A stretch of DNA of 64,000 bases from Fistulifera solaris (lineage: Eukaryota), in the NCBI GenBank assembly GCA_030295235.1, contig AP026164.1, positions 2,170,001 to 2,234,000 of the forward strand. Direction: 5' to 3'. Under the pieces are notes generated by a model. The model was not told the DNA's origin. It saw only the letters and a list, made by a program, of their open reading frames with translations, and did not search any database. A program made the position numbers and the translations under genes. This document shows positions 46,844 through 58,650 of the stretch, piece by piece (position 1 is the first letter of the stretch; the number at the start of each line of letters is the position of its first letter).

Positions 46844-49241
46844 ATGAGCAGCTACAACGAGAGCCCGTCGAACGATCCTCTCGTGGGAGAATCGCGGGTA
46901 GTCGAGGATTCATCCAACAATCCATTCTTAGACACGGTCGATAATCCGTTTGCTACTTCGGATACGTCGTCTCCTCTTCCTCCTCCTCCCGCGACGGTAG
47001 ATTCCTCCAATAACCCCTTTGTTGATGATGATTTACTCGCGGACGACTTTTCTCCGCGACAGCCTTTGGAAGTCGACTCCACCAGGAACAATAACGACAA
47101 TAATCCATTTGCGGACGAGACTCCTGTAACAACGGAAGAAGACCCATTTTTGAAATTGATCCCAATTCCTCCACCGATCCAGCGAATGGGGTTCCGCCTG
47201 GCTCCAAAGAAGGAGAATACTATGATGATCAACAGCCGCAAGGTTATTACGATGAGAATGGTGACTACTACGAATACGATGAGAATGCCCCGGGATATTA
47301 CGACGAGAATGGACACTTCATTTACTACGACCAGGGCTATTACGATGACGGATACGGGGGATATCACGATGATCCGCACGCGCAAGTCACCTACGATGAG
47401 CACGGCAATCCTGTCGGCATCTACCGCGACAACGACAAGAAGGGACGACGTCGGGCCCGCAAAAAGGAAAAAAGAAAAAGCGTAGTATCGATCGAGAGAG
47501 AAGACGAGCTCGCCGTCGCCAATGGTGTCGCAGATGTCTCCTCATTCTGTTTTGCTTGTTGTGTTGTTTGGGAATCCTCTTACTTCTTCTTTGGCTTTTG
47601 AGAGACTTGTTCAAAGAAGACGAAATTTGGCGATCTGATGATGTGGCCTTTGATGACGATCTTGGAGTGGTGGGACCCTATTTTGGTATCCAAACGACAC
47701 CCATGGATCCGTACACGCCCGAAGATTGTTACTTTGATGACAACACCTTCCCTCACACATTGAATCAGTGTCAGTGTAATGGTCGAATCGAAAAGGTACC
47801 GGAGGATGTTATGGCTCTGTACGAGCAGATTCGTGAGGACGTGGCTGATGAGTTTTACAATGGGACGCTTCGGTTCCCTGTGGACTCGTGCGATGCCAAA
47901 AACCAAGCCTTGATTTGGCTATCCAGTGGTAGCACGCGTGATTCAGGTGATCTTTTCACGCGCTATGCCTTGGCGATGTCGTATTACACCATGAACGGGA
48001 CCAAGTGGGATTTGAAAGATTTATGGTTGTCAGACGACAGTGAATGTTTGTGGATTGGACTTGCGTGCAGTGGCCGTTTCGAGCTCAACAACTTTGCCCT
48101 CGACACGAATAACATCCATGGAACGTTCCCAACTGAAATCGCATATATGAGCACTCTCCGAACAATTTCGATTACACGAAATCACATTCAAGGAACGCTA
48201 CCACCCGAAATTGTCAGTATGCCCATGCTCGAAAACTTGATGTTGTATGCGAATGAACTTACTGGATCACTACCGTCCGAAATCGGAAAGGCTTCAAGCC
48301 TGAAGGTTCTGCGGCTAAACACCAACTTTCTCTTCGGTACACTGGTGACCGAAATTGGTCAAGTCACCACACTGGAAGAAGTTGGCCTTGGTTTCAACGA
48401 TTTTATTCGCCATATTCCTACAGAGTTTGGCAACCTTACGAACTTGAAAACTATTGACTTTGAGTCGAATCGTTTTTTCGGGAACGTTTCCGACCGAGTT
48501 CGGCAAATTAACCAAGTTGGAGCACCTTCGATGGACGACGAACTTGATGAACGGTCCCCTTCCCACCGAGCTGGCCCATCTCACCCAACTGAAGGAATTC
48601 CGTGTTGCTAACACGGGGTTGGGTGGCCAAATTCCTACCGAAATGGCGAAGCTCAAAAAGTTGGATCGATTGGAACTGGGAAAGAATAACTTTTCTGGTG
48701 TACTAATGACCCACATTGGCCTTCTCAAGAACCTGACTTTCCTTGGATTGGATGATAACAAGTTTACGGGTGAACTCCCTTCTGAATTAGGAGAACTCAC
48801 CAAGTTAACACGCTTACTGCTGAGTGGAAACGAGTTCCGCGGAGATATCCCCTCCGAGTTGGGTAACATGGTCATGCTTGAGAATCTAAGCTTCGATAAC
48901 ACGTACCTGGGAGGTACCATGCCTGACGAAGTCTGCTCTCTACGAGCCGGAAAACTGGGCCTCCTTGTGGTGGACTGCCTATCAGCCAATGGAGTAGGCG
49001 TCGACTGTGACTTGGAGCATTGTTGCACATTTTGTCGTCGCAGCGAAACCAACAGTGATCGTATTCCGGGAGCCGGGAAGAATGAAACGGCTGGAGGAGG
49101 GCCGGAAGCAGAGCAACCAGAAGGAGGCGATAGTCCCGGTGATTCTGAAGCCACGGAAGAACCAGGAGACGAAACGGCGGCTCCCGAAAAACATCACCTC
49201 CGGATGATCCAGCGACCCCAGCGCCTGGAGGCGGTCGGTAG
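46844..49241 (+). CDS. Type II membrane LRR receptor-like protein: cytosolic NPF/YYD-rich N-terminus, TM helix, extracellular plant-type LRRs; frameshifts ~47170, ~47470, ~48475, ~49190
   Basis: Repeated NNPF/DNPF, then RRRARRRQWCRRCLLILFCLLCCLGILLLLLWLL. QALIWL...RYALA..YY...G..W cap and CLWIGLAC. Many LxLxxNxxxGxxPxExG repeats and a CDLEHCCTFC end cap. Confidence 0.88.
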
Positions 49242-49642
49242 GGTATGCTTTGGCTGTCGATATTATTGCCTGAAGAAAGTCTTGAGTATTCTAGATAATG
49301 AAGTCTACATTTTTAATTTATGCTTGTACTCGGTTGTAGAGCCTTTCAACATGAGCAGGCTATGTTGCATCATTGTCTGTTGTCTCTCACAGGGCTAGAG
49401 CACTTAGGTCTGTATATCTAGACTACCGTTTTTTTGAAACTTGTCCTTTTAGTATTCTTTTCTACTTGTTAATGACGGAGGAACGGTTCTTAAATCGTCA
49501 CGGAGGTCGTACATAGACTTTTCATGTCTCACCGCAACACCCGAGCAGCGTCGTCTGCGACCGCAAAAATTTTGCGCACATTAAAACCAGCACCAAATTA
49601 TTTTTAGCCTTTCTTGTTTTCAATAGCATCGATAATATTATA

Positions 49643-50203
49643 ATGGCTTCAATTCAAACTATATCACAACGCTTCCTGCGTAAGAGCTGCTTACTGCGAA
49701 CAGCGACTTCATTTCGAAAATCGCAGCAAACGATCTCGCTGTTTTCGACCGATGCTACACCGACGGTGGCTCCGCATGATATCCCCTTTCGTTCGACGAA
49801 ATCTCGGGATCTATTCCTCCGTATAACATCCACATTGTCCAAAGAGGATGTCTCGGAATTATCACACGCCATCAATCGTCAACTTGGCCGTGTGTTTCGA
49901 AAGAATGAATTCTATTATCGTGGGTTCGGGGGTCGTGTGGCCGGAGGTGGAGGTACAAAAGCTGCCGAGAAACCGGCGGTCGAAGTCAAATCGACCTTTG
50001 ATCTCAAATTAGTTGGCTTTGATGCGAAAGCCAAGATCAAAGTGATTAAGGAGGTTCGTTCGATTGCTGGATTGGGATTGAAAGAATCAAAAGATTTAGT
50101 GGAAGGAGTGCCGGCCGTGATTCAAAAGAATTTGAGCACGGAAAAAGCGGAGGAATTGAAAAAACTTCTCGAGAGCGTGGGTGCCACCGTCGAACTCGTG
50201 TAA
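49643..50203 (+). CDS. MRPL12: Mitochondrial ribosomal protein L7/L12
   Basis: Mitochondrial-type presequence; [35 protein letters not shown] and A..LKKLLE..GATVEL. Confidence 0.93.
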   Translation: MASIQTISQRFLRKSCLLRTATSFRKSQQTISLFSTDATPTVAPHDIPFRSTKSRDLFLRITSTLSKEDVSELSHAINRQLGRVFRKNEFYYRGFGGRVAGGGGTKAAEKPAVEVKSTFDLKLVGFDAKAKIKVIKEVRSIAGLGLKESKDLVEGVPAVIQKNLSTEKAEELKKLLESVGATVELV

Positions 50204-50270
50204 CAGAAAATGTTAATAGATGACTAGCGTTTTATTAAACTAAAAATTGTTTAGTGTGATAGGTGTCGTT

Positions 50271-51786
50271 TTACACCCCACACCCCATATGCAATGGAGT
50301 TCGGAAGTCTCGTTGGTGTATCCAAGCATTCGCAGCATATTTGACTCCACGTTCCACCGGCAAGGCTTGATGCTCCGTCCGAACATCGATTTGGCCCGGT
50401 TCGTCATTCAAGACGCTGGGCCACAAAATAGCTCGCCCTTGGTTCGGTAAGACAGTCAGATTGTGAATGCTTGGAAAATTGGTTCCGCCACCCTCTAGCC
50501 GATCGTCATTCAAGTACAAAAACACGGTCAGAATACGCACTCCCGCCATACTTCCCGCGTGAAGAGGTGTGTAATCGTGATGCACTTTGTAATACTGATT
50601 CTCTTCGTACCGCAGGAGCTGTAAAGCTTCCGAGTTATTGATTGGTATCTGAACCAGTTGCTCAATGCGTTGTGTCACCTTTGCTGAATCGCATCTTTCC
50701 CACAAACCGAGCTTTCGGTACACCACGCCGTCGACGACGTTCGACTTTTGCTCTCGTACGAATCTGTGGATCCGTCGTATTTGATGCGACCGATATCTTT
50801 CGAGCGTTGAAACCCCAGCTCGTGGCCCAGATCGATCAAACGTTCACACTCCATGGCGGACAAGAAGTGATCCAGCTGCAATACCCAAGGACCAGGACGA
50901 CCGTCTGGTTCGATAGCTTCCGCCGGACCGGAGAGTACTTTCAAACTGAACAACGTCCGTAAGGTATCGTTCCGGACGACACTCCAAAAGAATCGGTCTA
51001 AATCACCTGGCTCACTCCATGTCGTTCTTTCTTTTGCACTGGATTCATCAAAGGGACACCGGATACGAATATCGAGCCAATGACACGTCTGACAGGCGGG
51101 AGCGCATTCTCTGTGGTGCAAAAGGTGAGAAAGAGCCCCTGCATCAACATACAGCGAAACAATTGTATCGTACTTTTTCATATATGTGGGATTCCTCTCA
51201 CACTCTCCTTCCCAAGCCCACTGACTGCAGTTCACGTTTCGATTTTTGCACTAGAAAACGAGATGCTCGTTTTGTGAGACTCGAAATTTCGCTGCCGACT
51301 GTAACCCTTTGGAGACACACGTACCGAGGAACGAATTTTGGCATAGGTTTCATTGACAAACACTTGATGTATCATATACTGTTGTGTCTTGCGAATTACC
51401 TCGAGAACGCCTTGGTTGTTGACATTTTGTAAATCACCATAACACGTCTTTACTTGACTCTTTTCTGTATCATAGTTGCTGCAAAGACCACAACTAAAAG
51501 GACATTCCTCCAACATGACATCGGGCGATTTGACACACGCATTCAAAAGCGCTTTCATCGGACAGTCTCTTTCATTCTTGTCGACACAATGGGGATGATC
51601 AGTGGACACAAAGTCGCCCCATCGGTCCAAGAAGGAAGGAAGTGATGGGTGCTCTGTCGAGGAACATTCTTCTTCGACTTCACATATTATAGATTCCTTT
51701 TCCGATATATCACCGAATACCCACCACAGCAGGGAAAACCTCACCAGTGAGGTTAAAATGCTGCGCATTCTGATTGTGGATCGCAT
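50271..51786 (-). CDS. Prolyl 4-hydroxylase (2OG-Fe(II)) with ShKT-like Cys domains; introns and a frameshift
   Basis: CVDKNERDC...C......MLEECPFSCGLC and CSQWAWEGECERNP.YM..ECAPACQTC. Catalytic motifs RTSSTAW, LQLLRYE, HHD, RILTVFLYLND, GGGTNF, TEH and KYAANAWIH. Confidence 0.9.
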
Positions 51787-52298
51787 GCTTTTGAAAAGGT
51801 CTACAGTTAAGGTCGTTTGGATGTCGAAGTATAGAGAAAAAATAATAATGACCGCAAAAAACATAAACGGGGTGCAAAACTACATCAGTACTTGTACGAC
51901 ATAATTTTATAATACTCCAACCGCTGCTGTCTTCTACTACTACTTTGTTTGTAGTGACGTCAAACGTCAAACAATGAGAATTCCGCAAACCGCGGTGCGC
52001 TGCCGTGTTATTTTTATTTCGTGTTGCGCCGCATTGACGCGAAGGATCTCTCCGTCTGTTGCACAAGAACTCCCATCATTGATTGCGTGCATCTCGAAAA
52101 GAGAGAAAGTGTCAAACGACCATTCTCTCTGAGAATCTTCTTTGAGAAAACCGAACCGAACGGAGAATATTCGCTCGTCTTTCAGTGTCTGCAAACACAC
52201 GACGACAAGCTTTCTTGATTTTCGACTCAGAAAAACACATTCAATAGTTGAAATTCTTGTTTACATTAACGATGCTGCAATTCACCTATCGAATAAAG

Positions 52299-54385
52299 AT
52301 GTTCGTTTGGCTTGCAGTGCTCTTGTTTGTATCGAGGGCAGATGCTTTTTCGTCCTTATCGAGGCGTATTATCTCACGAGCAACTCATTTGTATGCGAAT
52401 AATATGTCAAGAAGAGAACTGGAAATTCGACGAAAAATCGCGGCACTTAAAAAAGAAGGCAAAATCAATAACAAGGAGGATGATTATCCAGAAGAGGATC
52501 GATATTCGATGAAAATTCAGCAAAAACTGGGGAAGGCGAAGAGCAAAATGTTAGGGTATTCGACTGTAGACGAAGCAGAGGAGGACGATGACGACAGCAT
52601 TGAGGCAGAGCAACGAATCGACGAAACGTTGACACGGACCGCACAAATTGGTGCTCTCCCGACTTCAGTAGAAAACGAGCCCTTTCAGCAATCATCGTCG
52701 GATGATTCGACACCTCTGTCGTCGCCTCGGAAACAACTCATCGACCCATCCTTATTTGACGATATGGAGGAGGAAAGCGATCTTCCTGAAGAAGATCTTA
52801 TCGAACTCGTAGCACAAAAAATGTTGGAAAAAGAGGAGCAAAAAAGACGAATGGAAATGGAAACGGCGGTGGAAAGGTCACAACGTACGGAACAACCGAA
52901 ATTAAGTAAGACTACCTATAGCACGGACGACGACGGTGAATTACCACAACTGACTACTGGGGTAGGTGGTAGTTGGAAAAAGAATGAAACTCTCGAAGTC
53001 GAATATTACAAACCAAAAGTCGGATCTTGGGGGCGTTCGCCCGTCCCAAAGATATCTCGAAAGCTTATGGCGGAGGACGAAGGGTCGGTCCAGGATACAG
53101 CAACGAAGAATTGTCGGAAGCGTCCGTAGAGGCAACACGAGAGCGACTGCAACAGTATCGTGAAAAAGTGGGGATCGACGTTAAATCTGAGAAAGATCAT
53201 GCTGCCGAAATCGACTTGGCGCTTCGCAAAGGAGCGTATGCTATGCAGCGCGGCATGTATTCCGCTGCGGTAACCGACTTGGAACAGGTTACCAAGTACT
53301 GCTCGAGTAATAGCAAAGTCGGCGGAAAAGTCTTTTTGGAGTTAGCCATGGCTTACGAAGCATCGGGGAGGTTGGAAGAGGCGTCGTTCGTGTATAGAAC
53401 ACTTTCCAAGAGCCGCATTGAAGAAATTAAAATTAACGCCAGTCGGCTGTTGTACGGGCTGGAAGCGATGCTTTTCATGCGAGACAATGTCGGGAGCAAG
53501 GCTTTTTCGAGAACAAAGGTTCGAAATACGTTCATAGATACGACAGGACTGGCCAACATTGCTCAAAATTTCGACGATGTGTACAACACGGCATGGATTG
53601 ATCTGGATAAGGGTTTTTACAAGCAGCTGACGGAATCGGTCGTGCGCTCCCCCCGGGAAGCTCGCCAAGTGCTGATGCGCGCTGTAGCAGGCGGTGAAGT
53701 ACCGCGCTTGCGGGTGGTCCAGGCACTGCGATCGATTGCTCGGCGATTTGATGATGCTTTGGAGATTGAGATCAAGAAGGCGGAAAGCAAGGTAGTAGAA
53801 GAGGAATCGGTTGCGGTTATTGACGGTAAACCCATTTTGAGTAAAAAGAAGCAAGAAGAAGAAATGCTAGCTGGCATGATGCAGGATCTCGACGAATTCA
53901 TACTGGCGGCACCCGATCAAATGAAAGAGAATCTTTCGGGAGAGTGGCGCTTGCAGTTGTTAGCGGACAAAAAGGGAGATGGTGTTAAATTCTTTAATAG
54001 CACCATGTCGACGCAAACAATCGACATGGAACGATTATCATTTACATCCGACGGCGGCAATAGCGGACTGATGAATGTGAAGCAATCGGGTCAAGTTCAG
54101 TTCAATGACGAACGACGTATTCTCAGCAAGACCGACGTACAAGTGTCCGGCGGTATGTTGGGACTTTTCGGTGTCACCAACAGCGGGGCCGCCGGCGCCG
54201 TCAGTTCCCCGCAACAAGTGTTAAGTGTCGATTCCACGCTTCTGGTGACGCGAAGAGTGTTTTCGAAGAATCAAACCCCCGGGGAAGACGCGAAAGAGTT
54301 CTTTGCGGTTTGGAGACGGCTGCCGAGCGCCTCGGGCTTGGTTTCGAATGTGGATGATCTATTTGCTAACGAGATGACATCATGA
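52299..54385 (+). CDS. Plastid-targeted hypothetical protein with TPR-like helices; frameshift ~53030
   Basis: Bipartite presequence MFVWLAVLLFVSRADAFSS; YKPKVGSWGAFARP.DISKAYGGGR; TPR-like GKVFLELAMAYEASGRLEEA. Confidence 0.75.
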
Positions 54386-54621
54386 ATATTATTACCTAAA
54401 GTAAATTAGACATTAACTAGGATTCTTTCTGTTACGGGTTGAGAGAGTTGAGTTGTGAGAGTGGAAAGAGTATGAGCGAGTGAAGTGAAGTGACGTTGAG
54501 TTCATGTGTGAATAGATGCATTGATGAAGCGGAGCAAAAGAGCTTTGAGTCCTAGTTCTCAAGCAGATTGCACAATGAAAGCTGAGCCTGGAATAACAAA
54601 CAACTTGAAACTTTGCAACTT

Positions 54622-55178
54622 TTAGCAAGCATTCACTTTCTCTCGAGCCATGATAATCATTTCGCGCTCTTCCGTCGAAAGACCCCAGACCGGCTGTCCT
54701 TCCAATTCGAGTCGATTCAGGGATTCCAATACACTCGGATCGGTCATAAGCTTTTGATGGCCGACTTGAGTTCGATGGACTTGCTATTTACGCCCGCATT
54801 GTCCAATAACTGACTTTCCAGCGATTCGACGGCCGTCATGACTTGTTCGATCTTTTCCACATCTTGCGACAGCGCAATCATCCGTCCTCGCGTTTCGTCG
54901 TCACTGGCGTAGTCATCGACATTGCTTCGGGCCCCTCCAGAAGCATAGAATCCACCCTGACCTTCCGTGGGCTGTCCTCCCGAGTACTATAGAGAGCCAA
55001 AGGGAAGGTGAGAACTACGAAAAAAAAGCCTCCTCAGCGAATCGACAGGTGCGTTGAGGATTCTACCTACCGTGATGGAGAATTCCCGGAGTTGGAAAGC
55101 TGCTTGCGGCAGACGCGAACGAATCGACGGGCGAACAGCTGCAGGAAGAAGACGAGAAAATAGGAAGCGAGTTGTCAT
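54622..55178 (-). CDS. Small mitochondrial-type hypothetical protein (~155 aa); intron 54987-55070, frameshift in an A run ~54753
   Basis: Exon 1 is MTTRFLFSRLL...REFSIT followed by GTAGGT. After ATAG, exon 2 reads YSGGQPTEGQGGFYASGGAR...LEGQPVWGLSTEEREMIIMAREKVNAC*. Confidence 0.75.
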
Positions 55179-55653
55179 GTTAACTAATATTCTTCTTGTT
55201 GAATCCAAGTTGCAACGTGTGGTAATGATCTTATTTTTTGTGGTGTCAGCGTCAACGAGAAAACTAAATAGTTCGCAGTCTGCAAAAAAAAAAAAATCGA
55301 TCTCGCATCATGTCGCACAGCCTCTAAAATGAACCTATCTACTTTTAGTACCACGAATACTACAGTATAGCCACTATACTTTGTACGGACGAAAACGACA
55401 AAACGAAAAAAAAAAACTTCTGAAGCGATGAACGAAAGACACAGGCGAAGAACATACCCAGCAACATGATGTTCTTCTGTTGCAAGCAACAGACGTCATG
55501 ACTGGCGGGATCTCTCGCCTCTGGCGCCCCTGGCGGACTTAAAAAACACAACAACGGTAGATCTTTGCGAGATCGTCAAACGTGCTATCTGGCGGAAGAA
55601 TGGAACTGCTATTTGCTGAATATTAACGGATCTTGATGAGACTATACTGATAT

Positions 55654-55700
55654 TTATTCCTAATTTCCTCAAGTCAGAATGCTATTTGCTTAGTGTCTGA
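55654..55700. repeat. Second copy of the TTATTCCTAATTTCCT-AAGTCAGAATG motif with a GTCAGA/TCTGAC hairpin
   Basis: Near-identity to 8952-8980. Confidence 0.65.
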
Positions 55701-55857
55701 CGACGAGTTTGATGTATGCTGGGAACTGTACCTTTTCTTTACCGTAGAATGCAATTTATATTGTTTGTTTTGCGCGATTCATGGGGAATCCGAAACAGCT
55801 ATTACGGAGACGGGCCACGTTCTTTTGGTCGTTGAAACAAAAAGCTGTTCCTGGGCG

Positions 55858-57086
55858 ATGCTTCGCATTCATGATTATCTTAAGCACCATCAAATGAAAT
55901 CTCGGGATCAGTGCGAGCACAAGTGCAAGTTGGACTTTTACGTCACTGCAACCGGAGCAGCTCGCTCACATCTTAAGACTCGAATCCAACGCACGATTTT
56001 GATTTTCGAACTAGAATAATGGACCTCGAAACAGTTGGCGGTTCTCGCATCGAGACCTTATCCTCGGAATTTGACGCTTGGAAAATGGTTAATTTTTGAA
56101 GAGGATGGCAAAACGTTTGTCAAGGTACTGAAGAAACGCCGATCCTGCTTTGGCTCCCTCGGCATCGTCTTTGATTAAATTGATCCTCCTCTTTCTGACT
56201 CCAACCCGGAGCGCTTTGTGAAACTCGACATGCTCAAAGAGCTTCGTACAAGCAACCTTCACGAGGAATGTTTTCGTTTGCCGTTTTCCGCAAAAGTAGA
56301 GGCGTTTCACTTCACGATTGAAGCAGCTGAAATAGTGCCCGGTTACTTTGACGCACTGAACATCGTTACTTGCGACCTTAGTCTAAAACTGATACTGGAT
56401 GAGGATTACCTGTGTGCCGAGCTTGCCATCTCCTTCTTCGATCGCCTGGCGGAATCGAGTCATTTCAATGGTTGACTTTCTCCAGTGACGATTTGCCTTG
56501 TTATGATGGAAAAGGTTTTTGACAATATAGGCGCTCTTGTAGGAGCATGGATCCGTGCCGTTCAAGGCGATTCCAAGCTGACATACGTGGACTCGATTGA
56601 AACCTGCTGGCGATTACCGTCCACTTCGAGGCTATCTTTCAGTCCCTGGAAAAACATGAGGGGCTACGAACATTTGTTGTCGAAGGAAAGAGCTCCATGC
56701 ATTACTTTAAATAGTTGGAAAAGCTGCTTTGGCGAAATTGCAGTATTGAGGTAATCGACTCTTCCGGAAAGCGATTGTCAAACGAACTGGTTATTGACAA
56801 CCTCTAGGCACTCAATCGTGTGTTTAATGGATCGACCCGTCTTTCAAAAGAGCCCTTTTTCCTGTGATTGCTCGTGTCATCGTCGCCGGTCAACACTGCG
56901 TCAGACAGTTTCAACAAACTGCTTTGTTGCTTGCAAACCACACGGACGTCTTGCGAGAGTGGATCTCTGATTGAGACCTCGACTATGTCCGCGTCGCCCG
57001 ACTCGAAATCATGGAGAATGAGGCATCGTTCGACGCTCTCTCTCCAGAGTTACATTAAAGTGATCATACTTCGAAACGTAAAGTGA
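55858..57086 (+). pseudogene. Degenerate copy of an LRR/RNI-like hypothetical protein family
   Basis: Protein-like fragments (VPGYFDALNIVT, AISFFDRLAES, WIRAVQGDSKLTY, EKHEGLRTF, ASDSFQQTALLLANHTDV) are separated by many frame changes and in-frame stops, more than other genes here. Family assignment is from recollection only. Confidence 0.5.
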
Positions 57087-57384
57087 CAGTTCAGGTTTCA
57101 CCTGTTGCAAAGAAAGCAGCTCGAGCTAAGACGTGGATCGGCCGATTCTTCCAGTTCTTTTCTACGTAGTTTGCGTATTTCATTCATATTAGACCGATAT
57201 TTTCTGAATGCTCGGCATGATAAAGTAGCGTGTTGCACAATGGGTCTCTCTGGTCGCAATCTAGCTTTTCACAATGTCTACACAATGGCGGTCGTACCTG
57301 CATTCTGGACACCCTTAACCAACGAAAAGAAAGACGAGAAACAGGTCTTATCTATCTTCAGTGCTGTCATAATTCTATTCCTAT

Positions 57385-58149
57385 TTATTCAAGCATGGCC
57401 ATCAGCGAATGATCCTGTCGGTCGCTCGGTTCTCGACGGTACCCTAAATCAAACCGGTTGGGCGGAAACAACAGATACTGCTCCGCATCTTCCATCAACA
57501 CCGAATCATCTTGCGACAAAGGAAGGGGTTCTCGACTTTCCGTCGCGCAATCCGCTTCCGCGTACCGCAGACGAGGTGGCTTTCTGTGAGGACGCTCTGC
57601 CATAGCATCTTGGACAACTATAGCACACGGCGGATGAGGCTCTTCGAGTAACGGCACTATCAATTGTGACAATATTTCGTGCAATCGCATCAAAGGCGAC
57701 CAACCCCGTACGAGGATGGCACCCCGTTGTTGCGCCGAGGCGACGTGCGAATCTTCCGGTCCCGTTTGTATGACAATTTCGAAACGATGATGAAGACATT
57801 CAATGCGCGACAGAATCGGCGGATGATGCGGATAGAGTCGCGGAATTTGCAACCACACGGTCCATTGCGGACTGTGCATCACCAAATGCAACGGATCTTC
57901 AATGCATTGTTTGACCGTATATCCCTCCGTGACGACTTTCCACGTATTCCCACAACTTCCGATGGGAATCCATCCCGCACAACAGACGGCGTGTTTGAAA
58001 TCGCGCTGTAACCGTAATTCTCCCGGTGACGCGGAAGTAACTTTCATGCGTTTTAGGGAACGTTGCAAGCTCAAGTCGTCATTTGTTGTAATTAAGGCAT
58101 TACGTTTTCCATTGGATATTTTGGGAGTCGGAGGGGCTTCTAGCGACAT
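57385..58149 (-). CDS. UBC/E2-like fold protein lacking the HPN motif and a clear catalytic Cys
   Basis: SPGELRLQRDF, IPRLYPHHPP and GWSPLMRLHEIL resemble E2 helix 1, the YP..PP loop and the W.P segment. Confidence 0.6.
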   Translation of the reverse strand: MSLEAPPTPKISNGKRNALITTNDDLSLQRSLKRMKVTSASPGELRLQRDFKHAVCCAGWIPIGSCGNTWKVVTEGYTVKQCIEDPLHLVMHSPQWTVWLQIPRLYPHHPPILSRIECLHHRFEIVIQTGPEDSHVASAQQRGAILVRGWSPLMRLHEILSQLIVPLLEEPHPPCAIVVQDAMAERPHRKPPRLRYAEADCATESREPLPLSQDDSVLMEDAEQYLLFPPNRFDLGYRREPSDRQDHSLMAMLE

Positions 58150-58650
58150 GATGACGGGGTAGGACGTGTAGATTTGACGTCCGGGATCGAGTTACGTGTT
58201 GTGTGTATGTGTTCGCAAGAGAGACGTGTGACAAATGCAAAAGCGTTATCGTTTGTGCAATGAATCGACAATAAAGCAATCTAATCAGAATGACTTTCTT
58301 TGTCGGAACTACATTCGTAGCAATTCTGAAGAACAAAAGGTGTGGGTAATCAATGTCTCTGGAGATGGCTATCCGTTTGTGTTGCGTTTATGTTGCTTTG
58401 TCGTTTGTTGCTTTCCTTTTTCTTACGCTTGTTGGACCGCACTTTTTCTTGCACCGCCGCGTCTCGCCAGATTCCCGCCAAGCGGTACCCAGTTAGCGTA
58501 AGCGCCCTTCCTTTAACAGAGCGCCGGCCTACTTCTCGTGACTGAAAGCCACTGCGGACTGAGACTTAGCTGGGCAAAACCTCGCATCCGCGTTTCATTT
58601 TTTCGACGACAACAAACTCCAACCGCGTATAAATATCACCGAGCGCAACC

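Noticed and set aside
48454..49398. LRR ORF extending to 49398
   Set aside because: The last ~65 aa look like UTR; an A-run slip near 49190 gives a more plausible end at TAG 49239-49241.
55495..55600. Four CTGGCG motifs as an E2F-like cluster
   Set aside because: Short GC-rich matches without the full consensus; not distinguishable from chance.
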